From assembly GCA_022795805.1 (NCBI GenBank), contig JAAWHK010000002.1:15194-79193 (forward strand): DNA of 64,000 bases, written 5' to 3'. Under the pieces are notes generated by a model, which did not search any database, was not told the DNA's origin, and saw nothing but the letters and a program-made list of their open reading frames with translations. Made by a program: the position numbers and the translations under genes. The first letter of the stretch is position 1, and every line of letters begins with the position of its first letter. Source of the DNA: Hungatella sp. (GTDB lineage Bacteria > Bacillota > Clostridia > Lachnospirales > Lachnospiraceae). Below, in pieces: positions 36,000-43,899 of the stretch.

Positions 36000-37687
36000 C
36001 GTTTCCCTCCTTCTTTGTACTGCGGCTCCTGCTCCTTTCCCAGGGGAAGCTCAAAAAATATCTGGAATCCCTCGCCTGCTGCCGACCGGAAGCGCACCTG
36101 CCCCCCTGCTCCCGCGATCCGCTGCCTGATTCCCGAAAGCCCGTTGTGTTCGTCGATGGAACCGCATCCCTGCCCGTCATCAAAGATGTAGACTCCCAGA
36201 CCGTTTTCTCCGAATTTCACGATTACGTCCATGTGCGCCGCCTGAGCGTATTTCAGGCAGTTGGTGACGGCCTCCCGCAGGCACTGATACACAACCCTGG
36301 ACAGATGGGAGTATGCAAAGCTGTCCTCTCCCTGAATCTCCACATCCACCTTCAGTTCCTTCACGCTGTCGGCCAGCTGGCGCACGCCCTGGCTCACCAG
36401 CTGGCCGTCACAGCCCATGCGCAGGTGATTGATGGACCACCGCAGCTGGCGGATGCCGTCTGCAGCCAGTTCCTGGGCCTGGCACAGATAATCCAGAATC
36501 TCCGCATCAATGCCGCCGTTTTCCGGCTCCTTTCCCTTAAAGCCTATGCGGGCCAGTTTAGTCAGAGACTGGATCATGGTCAGCGTGTGCCCTGTGGTGT
36601 CGTGGACTTCCTGGGCGATGCGGTTCCGCTCCCGCTCGATAGCCAGCCGCTGCTCCGATATGGCCAGTTCCCGGTTCTGCCTCAGAAGCTCATAGTACTC
36701 GCCCACATCGGTCAGAAGAAGGACAACCGCCGTCTCTTTTCCCCGCCTCCCGCGGATATGGTACTGTTTCAGCCGCACCTTCCTGCCGTCCAAAAGATCC
36801 AGAACAGCCCCGTCCCGTTCCAGGTCCTCCCAGGCCCTTTCCCCGTCATCTCCCTCCCGGGAGCATTTTTCCTGCAGCCGCCTCAGCACGGTTTCATATT
36901 CGTCCCCGTTTTTCACATCCACATACCCGCAGACAGCCTGGTTGCAGCAGGTTACCTTTCCCCGCTGATTGCAGACTATGATGCCCTCGCTCATAGACGC
37001 GAAAATCTGCCGCGACGCCGCCACATGGATATCGAGAAAATCGTAGCGGAACACAGCCACCAGCATCAGAAAACTGGACAGTGCAAAAACGGGAGGTGTC
37101 AGGTCGAAACCGGATTTTACCGTGCCGGACAGATAAAGCATGTTGAAAATCAGGGGTACCACCGCCGCCAGGATGATGATCGTCACATGGCGTTTGTCCA
37201 CACGGTTTTTTCGGAAATTCTGCAGCACAATGGCCATCCCCCATATAACGCAGACATAGGAGAACGCCGTATGAAAACAGAACACAGGCCCGTAGACCAC
37301 CTGATCCAGCTGAAAGGATCGGTAAAAAAGGCGGTGCAGTCCGTTGGTCAGAAACATGCCGTAGTCAAAGGCAGCTATGCCGAAAAGCAGAAGGCCTGCG
37401 CGCGGGGACAGCCGTTTTCTGCTGTAGAGGCGGGAGAATGCAAGCCAGCAGGGGCCGATAAAGCTGATTCCCACGTAGGAGATCCCATAGAGGGCGTACT
37501 TCATCCCACGACTGCTGACAAAGACCAGAAACAGCTGGGGCATGCACCATACGATGATGAGCAGCTGGCACATCACCAGGGTTCTGGTAGTAAGATTTTT
37601 CTCCGCCCGCAGCATCAGCCACTCAGCGGTGGCAAAGCAGAAGCCCACGGCCGCCAGGTAAGTGCATTGCAGCAAGATCACAGCCAT
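35996..37687 (-). CDS. Sensor histidine kinase (multi-TM N-terminus, PAS-like region, HisKA_3, HATPase)
   Basis: About 7 TM helices; ERERNRIAQEVHDTTGHTLT, REAVTNCLKYA, DDGQG and GLSGIRQR; ATGA overlap with the regulator. Confidence 0.95.
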   Translation of the reverse strand: MAVILLQCTYLAAVGFCFATAEWLMLRAEKNLTTRTLVMCQLLIIVWCMPQLFLVFVSSRGMKYALYGISYVGISFIGPCWLAFSRLYSRKRLSPRAGLLLFGIAAFDYGMFLTNGLHRLFYRSFQLDQVVYGPVFCFHTAFSYVCVIWGMAIVLQNFRKNRVDKRHVTIIILAAVVPLIFNMLYLSGTVKSGFDLTPPVFALSSFLMLVAVFRYDFLDIHVAASRQIFASMSEGIIVCNQRGKVTCCNQAVCGYVDVKNGDEYETVLRRLQEKCSREGDDGERAWEDLERDGAVLDLLDGRKVRLKQYHIRGRRGKETAVVLLLTDVGEYYELLRQNRELAISEQRLAIERERNRIAQEVHDTTGHTLTMIQSLTKLARIGFKGKEPENGGIDAEILDYLCQAQELAADGIRQLRWSINHLRMGCDGQLVSQGVRQLADSVKELKVDVEIQGEDSFAYSHLSRVVYQCLREAVTNCLKYAQAAHMDVIVKFGENGLGVYIFDDGQGCGSIDEHNGLSGIRQRIAGAGGQVRFRSAAGEGFQIFFELPLGKEQEPQYKEGGKR

Positions 37688-37717
37688 AACCGTATCCTCT
37701 CTTTTTTACTGTTTCGA

Positions 37718-40165
37718 TTATTTTCTCCTTCTCTCCAGGATGCCGGCAAAGATAATAAGCCCGATTCCCGCCGACAGAAGGTAGACCCACCAGGAGATGC
37801 TCAGCCAGAAGTTTCTGGTCATAAAAAGGGCCGCTGCCAGAAGAATCCCCCCGCTGACCTGCACCCACCACACATCTTTCTTTATCTGGGCCAGGATAAA
37901 TACGGTCAGGCTGAGTCCTTCCAGTATCAGGGTATCCCTGACGTCTCCTGTGAAAACGGCATCCAGGCACAGAATGATGAGACACACCACATATCCTGTG
38001 CGCTGCATCCCGGATATCCACGGCTTCTCCTTCCAGATCAGTCCCGCCGTCCACAGAAGCCACGCTGCCGGCAAAAGATTCATCTCCAGGCAGAGAACAT
38101 ACGGCCACAACACAAACGGCTGCTTCCAGACCGCCATTGCCGCACAGCAGGCAGACAGAAAGAGGGCCGGTTTCCCAAGCGCATCCATGAAACGATACTG
38201 AACAAAGTACAGTGCGGCCAGAAGCGTATAGAAAAACTGCCATACATCGTCCCCAGTGGCCGCCATCCACAATATGGTCCATCCGGAAAAGATGTGATAC
38301 CAGTCCATGCGCCACTGCCCCTGAACCCTGCCGTCCCTCCTGGCCACAGGGCAGAAACACCGCGCCCCGATGCCCGTCACCAAAAGCGCCGCCATCCATG
38401 CCTGTATCTGACCGGCAGCAAGATCCATCCGAATCTCCGCTATAAAGGGAAACGGCACAAGTGCCAGTGCGATCAGAAGGTGGGGCCACTGACGCTCTCC
38501 CAGGTAAAACCACAGGTAATACACTGCCGCTGCCGCCACAGTGAGGCAGAGACTTCCCCCGCTGCCGCTTTTAGCGCTGTAAAAGCCGATGATGGACGAC
38601 AGGGCCGCCCCACAGCCGCAGATGTCCATGGGCAGCGTGTGAAGGTTTCTGCCGTCTTCTTTCCTCAGATACCCTGCTGATACCGCCGCAAAAAACACGG
38701 TGTTGATGACAGCCATCCGGCAGATGAAATCGCTGGTCATCCATCCTGCACCGTACAGCACCAGCCCCGCCAGGGCGGCAAACCTCAGATTCCTGTAAAT
38801 CTCCTGTTCTTCCCTCCAGGCCACGACGCAGATCCCTACGGCCAGAGCTGCCATGGAGGCTGTTTTAGAGGCGGTAAAGGCAAACATGGGCAGGCGATCC
38901 AGAATGGGATTCGCGATCCCCATCCATCCCTCGGCTGCCATGCGCCATATAGGAGTCAGACTGCCCAACGCCACCACGGCGCCGAAAGTCCAGAAATGTA
39001 TGACGGCAAAGGGCAAAAAACCCTGGCGCAGCAGAGCCCTGAAATCGCCGGCTTTGACCGCCTCTTCCCCTGTACTCCACAATTCCTTTATGGTAATGAG
39101 AACGGCGGAGTAGACCATCATCATACACACAAACCCGCTCCATGTCACGGAAAATGCTTTTGCCATGAAGAACAGGCTCAGGGTTATCCCCCACAGACAA
39201 GACTGGGTGTAGAGCCGGTCACTGAAACGCTTAAGTCCCGCCCAAAATGCTCCCAGCGTCACCCCGCTGCCAATCCACAGAACCTTCCAGCGGTTGGTCC
39301 CGTCCAGGATAAATCCGGCTCCCAGCAGCTTAAAATACGCCGCTGTCAGAACGGAAAGAAACAAAAAGATGCTGCCCAAAATGTAGAAAGCATTGCCGGT
39401 CTTTCGAACATGGAAGAGCCTTTCAGCCGCAAAGCTTGCCGTAAAAAACAGTATGCTGCACACCAGCACCAGAATTGTTTTGCAGATGTCCGGAAGAACC
39501 TTCCATGTGGTGGTAGCGAAAATAAGTCCGGCCAGGACCACAAAAACCACCCCCATAATCAGCGCCGCGGTTCCCAGCCTCGCCTGCCCTGCGGTGGGAA
39601 TCGAATCCCCCGTGAAAACCGGCATGTTTCCGGCGGCCTGCACAGCCGGTCTCTCCCAACTTTTCCCCCGCTGCGCAGAGGCCGAAACCGGCTTAGAGTC
39701 CGCCGTACGGCTGTTCCACTGTGCGGGCTTGGCAGACGGTTTCTCTGCCATGCTGTTCCACTGTGACGGCCTGGCAGACGATTCTGCCGTACCACTGTTC
39801 CACTGTGGCGGCTTGGCAGACGGTTCCTCTGCTCCGCTGTTCCACTGTACCGCCTCTGCAGATGGCGCCGCAGACAGTTCCTCCGCCCCACGATTCCTCT
39901 CTGCCGCCTCCGCAGACGATTCCTCCGTTCCGCTGCTCCTCTCTACCGCCTCTCCGGCCCGCCCAATCGGCTGAGCATCCCGCTCTGCCCGGTACGGCTG
40001 ATTGCAGCCGGACGATCCCAGAACAGCCATATACCTCCGTTTTTCTCCCTCCAGTTGACTGACCCTCTTCTTATACCTATCATTGGATATCAGAAGACCG
40101 ACGATGATCCCCAGCTCCGCAAAAGGAGCTGCCAGCCAGATACTCAGTACAATAATCCACCCCAT
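37718..40165 (-). CDS. Large polytopic membrane protein of unknown function
   Basis: GAAAGGAG RBS; N-terminal TM helix, repeat-rich linker, then roughly 20 hydrophobic segments starting at GVVFVVLAGLIFATTTW. Confidence 0.85.
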   Translation of the reverse strand: MGWIIVLSIWLAAPFAELGIIVGLLISNDRYKKRVSQLEGEKRRYMAVLGSSGCNQPYRAERDAQPIGRAGEAVERSSGTEESSAEAAERNRGAEELSAAPSAEAVQWNSGAEEPSAKPPQWNSGTAESSARPSQWNSMAEKPSAKPAQWNSRTADSKPVSASAQRGKSWERPAVQAAGNMPVFTGDSIPTAGQARLGTAALIMGVVFVVLAGLIFATTTWKVLPDICKTILVLVCSILFFTASFAAERLFHVRKTGNAFYILGSIFLFLSVLTAAYFKLLGAGFILDGTNRWKVLWIGSGVTLGAFWAGLKRFSDRLYTQSCLWGITLSLFFMAKAFSVTWSGFVCMMMVYSAVLITIKELWSTGEEAVKAGDFRALLRQGFLPFAVIHFWTFGAVVALGSLTPIWRMAAEGWMGIANPILDRLPMFAFTASKTASMAALAVGICVVAWREEQEIYRNLRFAALAGLVLYGAGWMTSDFICRMAVINTVFFAAVSAGYLRKEDGRNLHTLPMDICGCGAALSSIIGFYSAKSGSGGSLCLTVAAAAVYYLWFYLGERQWPHLLIALALVPFPFIAEIRMDLAAGQIQAWMAALLVTGIGARCFCPVARRDGRVQGQWRMDWYHIFSGWTILWMAATGDDVWQFFYTLLAALYFVQYRFMDALGKPALFLSACCAAMAVWKQPFVLWPYVLCLEMNLLPAAWLLWTAGLIWKEKPWISGMQRTGYVVCLIILCLDAVFTGDVRDTLILEGLSLTVFILAQIKKDVWWVQVSGGILLAAALFMTRNFWLSISWWVYLLSAGIGLIIFAGILERRRK
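39700..39950 (-). repeat. 42-bp (14-aa) tandem repeat, QWNS unit; 4 clear and about 2 degenerate copies
   Basis: CTGTTCCACT at 39711, 39753, 39795 and 39837. Confidence 0.9.
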
Positions 40166-40242
40166 ATTCATTCTCCTTTCTGTACACCCGCAGGGCACAC
40201 TCCAGTGCAGCGATGTACCAGCAGCACCAATGACCTGCTTTT

Positions 40243-40307
40243 ATTATACAGAAAACGCCGGCGGCATGGTAGATGTCAGCTGTCACCGGTGTAGTGACAT
40301 TTGTCAC
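40243..40307 (-). promoter_or_regulatory. Activator-type promoter with paired GTGACA/TGTCAC operator
   Basis: TATAAT (40248-40243) with a poor -35; palindrome GTGACA-TT-TGTCAC 40294-40307 and a second site ATGTCA-GC-TGTCAC 40273-40286, 21 bp apart. Confidence 0.7.
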
Positions 40308-40321
40308 GGTTATGATTTCGC

Positions 40322-41485
40322 CTACCCGGCAATCTGCTGGACGACCCGGGTGATCAGTCCGTTTGCGTCGATCTCCGTAATTTCCCCATAGATGGCTCCG
40401 CCGAAATAATTCCTGCTCTCATCCAGCTCCCACTGGTCCTCCACAGAAAACTCCTCTCCTCCCACGTCAATAACACAGTCCTTTGACACATAGAAATTCC
40501 CCTTGTAGACGATCCTGCAGGCACAGCTTATGTCGTCGCTGTTCCACAGGGTATAGCTGTCGCCCACGATATCGTCCACCATGGCCAGCACATACTTTCC
40601 GTTGCCAAACGCATCTGTAAACACCATAGGCGTCTCCCAGTTATCCCCGGACGATGTAACGGATATAACCCTGGCATCCGTTCCGTGCTCCTGGAGAATG
40701 TCTGTCACCGTGTACACGGTCTCCTCGTCCCACCCGAAGGAAAAAATAAACTTATCCCCGGGCTTCACATTCCGGATAAAATCCCACTCATAGTAGATGG
40801 GGACGGCAAGCACCTGCTCCGGCGCCTGATAATAGCCTCCCATATCCTTAAGAACCGGGAAAAACTCCGTGTAGCCTCCGCTCATGGATACGTTGAGACA
40901 GCCGTATTTCAGAAGTCTGCTGCTTCCGAAGAGCCCGTTCATGTTCTCCTCCATGGCATTCCTGCACCTTCCCGCCGCGTCCAGAATATCCCCCATGTCC
41001 TCCCTGGCCTTTATAAGGTTTATGTTCTCCTTCTCGAACCTGTTGAGCATGTCGTCGGTGAAATCCTCCGGCTTCACGGTCCCCTTGTACCAGCTTTTGG
41101 ACTCAAAGTACGCCTGCAGCTCCGGGGACGTAAACAGCCTTCCCCGGCGGGCAAAAATTTCGTTGCGGGCGAACCGCAGCTGATCTGGGGACACCTGCTC
41201 CAACTCATCCCCGGTAAGAATCCGCATGTGGCTCTCAGGGAAAATATACTCCCTCTGAACCTGACTGTCCTCCTCAAAAGTCGTGCTCTCCTCATGGGAG
41301 GACTCCATATCATCCCCGGCGCCCCTCTCTGTCTCATGGTCGGTTTCGCTCTCCGTCGGTCCGGCGCTTTCCGTCCGTGTCTCCGTCTGCGCCTGGGGCG
41401 TTTCCCTGGCCGGCTTTTTGCACCCTGACAGGCCTGCGCACACGGCTGTCAGCACCATCGCTCCTATGAGCCATCTATTCCTCAT
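40322..41485 (-). CDS. YARHG-domain lipoprotein
   Basis: GGAGG RBS; lipobox LSGC; YIFPES...LRFARNEIFARRGRLF...LQAYF..KSWY...LNRFEKENI. Confidence 0.85.
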   Translation of the reverse strand: MRNRWLIGAMVLTAVCAGLSGCKKPARETPQAQTETRTESAGPTESETDHETERGAGDDMESSHEESTTFEEDSQVQREYIFPESHMRILTGDELEQVSPDQLRFARNEIFARRGRLFTSPELQAYFESKSWYKGTVKPEDFTDDMLNRFEKENINLIKAREDMGDILDAAGRCRNAMEENMNGLFGSSRLLKYGCLNVSMSGGYTEFFPVLKDMGGYYQAPEQVLAVPIYYEWDFIRNVKPGDKFIFSFGWDEETVYTVTDILQEHGTDARVISVTSSGDNWETPMVFTDAFGNGKYVLAMVDDIVGDSYTLWNSDDISCACRIVYKGNFYVSKDCVIDVGGEEFSVEDQWELDESRNYFGGAIYGEITEIDANGLITRVVQQIAG

Positions 41486-41511
41486 ATCCAATTCCTCCCT
41501 CTGTCTTTTTC

Positions 41512-42507
41512 TCACTCCGTCACAAAAACATATTCGGCCGTCCCCCAGAATCCGTTGTCCTTCAGATTCTCCTTCTTCCATTCAAGAGAAAATTCATAGA
41601 TCTTCCCCCTCTCAAGCTCCACGACAAAGGGCACATGGTAGTACACAATCAGCCGCTCCTCCCCAGCCTCCGCATCCCCCACATCCCACTGCCGCACTGC
41701 CATTTTATCCGGTTCAAACATGGCCCGACAGCTGTACATCGCCCCGTCCATCCCGTTATATCGGGGAATCTTCAGCCTGGGAGCCCCATCCCCCCACGCT
41801 TCGTCCAGCGGCGCCGCGCCGCAGGCGACGATGCCGGTCTCCTCGGTGTTCCAGCTGTAACTGCCCGACTGCACCGAGAAGGGCGCCCACACGCTGGACA
41901 GCACATCGGAAAACTCCAGCGCCGGAGCTGACTCTGGAAGCACATCAGGATGTTCCTTTTGGCTGTCCTCCTCCGCCTGATACATCTGGACGGCTTTGTA
42001 CTCCGCAATTTCATCCTCACCCCTCTGTCCCGTATCTTCCATGAGAACAAATACAGAGTCCCCTCCCCCAAACTCTTCGATTTCCGCCGCGCCCAGCACC
42101 CAGAAAACTCCCGGAAATTCATCCGTATCCGAGGTGACAAGCACTCTGTCGCCCCGCACCTCCTTCACATGGCCCAAAATGCCTGTATACTCCTCTCTCC
42201 CGCCTCCACAGGCGTCATTCCCCCGGGATTTTTTAGTGTCTCTCTCCCCGCCTGCGGCTTTCATCCCTGCCTGCGAAGATTTCACCCCTTCTTCCCCATT
42301 TTCCGTCTCTTCTTTCACGCTTTCCGTCTCTTCTTCCGAAATTTCCCCGCTCTCCTCCGGCGCTGCACTCTTATCTCCCTCCCGGATTCCCTCTTTGACA
42401 GCCGCCGTCCTGTCGACTTCGCCCTGCTCTGAAGAAGCGCTGCAGGCACCTGTAAAAAAGGCTGCCGCCATTAACAGTACGATTCCCCTCTTTTTCGGAT
42501 CCATCAT
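41512..42507 (-). CDS. Hypothetical lipoprotein
   Basis: Signal peptide with lipobox TGAC, acidic linker and beta-rich C-terminus; AAAGGAGAGGAG RBS. Confidence 0.8.
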   Translation of the reverse strand: MMDPKKRGIVLLMAAAFFTGACSASSEQGEVDRTAAVKEGIREGDKSAAPEESGEISEEETESVKEETENGEEGVKSSQAGMKAAGGERDTKKSRGNDACGGGREEYTGILGHVKEVRGDRVLVTSDTDEFPGVFWVLGAAEIEEFGGGDSVFVLMEDTGQRGEDEIAEYKAVQMYQAEEDSQKEHPDVLPESAPALEFSDVLSSVWAPFSVQSGSYSWNTEETGIVACGAAPLDEAWGDGAPRLKIPRYNGMDGAMYSCRAMFEPDKMAVRQWDVGDAEAGEERLIVYYHVPFVVELERGKIYEFSLEWKKENLKDNGFWGTAEYVFVTE

Positions 42508-42594
42508 GGTACAATCTCCTCTCCTTTGACCGCTGTTCCCACATCGGCGTGTTTTCTCAATTATACCAGCTATCCGCCGTCCATACTATTAAAA

Positions 42595-42630
42595 TAAGGC
42601 ATCGGAAATCTTAAGAATTCCGATGCCTTA
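42595..42630 (-). terminator. Intrinsic terminator of ilvE
   Basis: TAAGGCATCGGAA pairs with TTCCGATGCCTTA, followed by a T-run on the minus strand. Confidence 0.85.
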
Positions 42631-42652
42631 AAAGACGATTCCGTCTGTTATC

Positions 42653-43720
42653 CTACTCTACTTCCACACTCCACCCATCAGGTCCTTTCGCCTTTCCAAG
42701 CTGGATCCCGGTGATGGTGTCGTAAAGCTTCTGAGTCAGAGCGCCGATCTTCCCGCCGCCGATGGCCATCCGTTCCTCCTCATACCGGAGCTCTCCCACC
42801 GGGGAGATAACCGCCGCTGTACCGGTGCCGAAGCACTCTTCCATTTGTCCCGACTCCGCCGCACTCACGACCTCGTCCACGGAGATCTGCCTTTCCTCCA
42901 CGGGAACACCCCACTGTCTGCACAGAGCGATCACCGAATCCCTGGTCACCCCCGGAAGGATGCTGCCGTTTAGCTGCGGTGTCACCACAACCCCGTTTAT
43001 CTTGAAGAAAATGTTCATGGCTCCCACTTCCTCGATGTACTTGCGGTGGACGCCGTCCAGCCACAGCACCTGGGAGTAGCCCTCATCGTGGGCCTTCACC
43101 TGGGAAGCCAGGGAAGCCACGTAATTACCGCCTGTCTTTGCCTCGCCGATTCCGCCCTTTACGGCGCGGACATATTCATCCTCAATCCAGATCTTCACCG
43201 GGTCCAGGCCGCTGGCATAGTAGGCGCCCACAGGGGATAAAATAATCATAAACTTATAGGTATGGGACGGTCTCACGCCCAAAAACGGATCCGTGGCAAT
43301 GACAAAGGGACGGATATACAGGGAGGTCCCGGGCTTTGTGGGGATCCACTCCCTGTCTGCGCCGACCACGGCCTTGAGACCCTCCATAAACACATCCTCC
43401 GGAATCTGTGGGATGCACAGGCGCCGGTTGCTTCTGTTAGCCCTCTCGATATTCTTGTCCGGGCGGAACAGAAGGATCCTTCCATCCTGCGCCTTGTAGG
43501 CCTTCAGTCCCTCAAACATCTCCTGTCCGTAGTGAAATACCATGGCGGAGGGTTCCAGTTCCAGCTTGTGGTAGGGCACCACCCTCGGATCGTACCATCC
43601 CTTCCCTTCCTCATAATCCATCTCAAACATATGGTCCGTGAAAATGGTTCCAAATACCAGCGGATTGTCCTGTCCCGGTCTTTCCTTCGGGCAGGCTGTC
43701 TTCTCAATTCTGATTTCCAT
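42653..43720 (-). CDS. ilvE: Branched-chain amino acid aminotransferase
   Basis: HYGQEMFEGLKAY, LYIRPF, AKTGGNY, EEVGAMN, ILPGVTR and GTGTAAVISP; start ATG 43720. Confidence 0.98.
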   Translation of the reverse strand: MEIRIEKTACPKERPGQDNPLVFGTIFTDHMFEMDYEEGKGWYDPRVVPYHKLELEPSAMVFHYGQEMFEGLKAYKAQDGRILLFRPDKNIERANRSNRRLCIPQIPEDVFMEGLKAVVGADREWIPTKPGTSLYIRPFVIATDPFLGVRPSHTYKFMIILSPVGAYYASGLDPVKIWIEDEYVRAVKGGIGEAKTGGNYVASLASQVKAHDEGYSQVLWLDGVHRKYIEEVGAMNIFFKINGVVVTPQLNGSILPGVTRDSVIALCRQWGVPVEERQISVDEVVSAAESGQMEECFGTGTAAVISPVGELRYEEERMAIGGGKIGALTQKLYDTITGIQLGKAKGPDGWSVEVE

Positions 43721-43816
43721 AATTTTATTCTTCCTTTCCCCTACCGGCTTTTCGCACATCACTCTGAAACCGCCAACCTGGCTGATGGCAATATACAAGT
43801 CAGTAAATTTTACTCC

Positions 43817-43846
43817 AATTATCAGACAAAATCCGGAATATGTCAA
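43817..43846 (-). promoter_or_regulatory. ilvE promoter with a possible overlapping CodY box
   Basis: TTGACA (43846-43841), 17 bp, GATAAT; AATTATCAGACAAAA 43817-43831 matches AATTTTCWGAAAATT at 11/15. Confidence 0.5.
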
Positions 43847-43899
43847 CCGATTTTTCCGTGTTGAAACGTATTAGAACATCTGGCCGGTATAAGAAGCTT

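Noticed and set aside
36146-38680. 844-aa open frame on the + strand spanning the kinase and membrane-protein genes
   Set aside because: It is codon-aligned antisense to two genes that share a frame; rare TTA/CTA/TCA codons in GC-rich genes explain the lack of stops. No RBS or domain motif seen.
28690-39950. The two 42-bp periodic arrays as possible CRISPR arrays
   Set aside because: Both are in-frame coding repeats without unique spacers, and there are no cas genes.
34400-42600. Accessory block as a mobile element or prophage
   Set aside because: No integrase, transposase, tRNA target or flanking direct repeats were visible.
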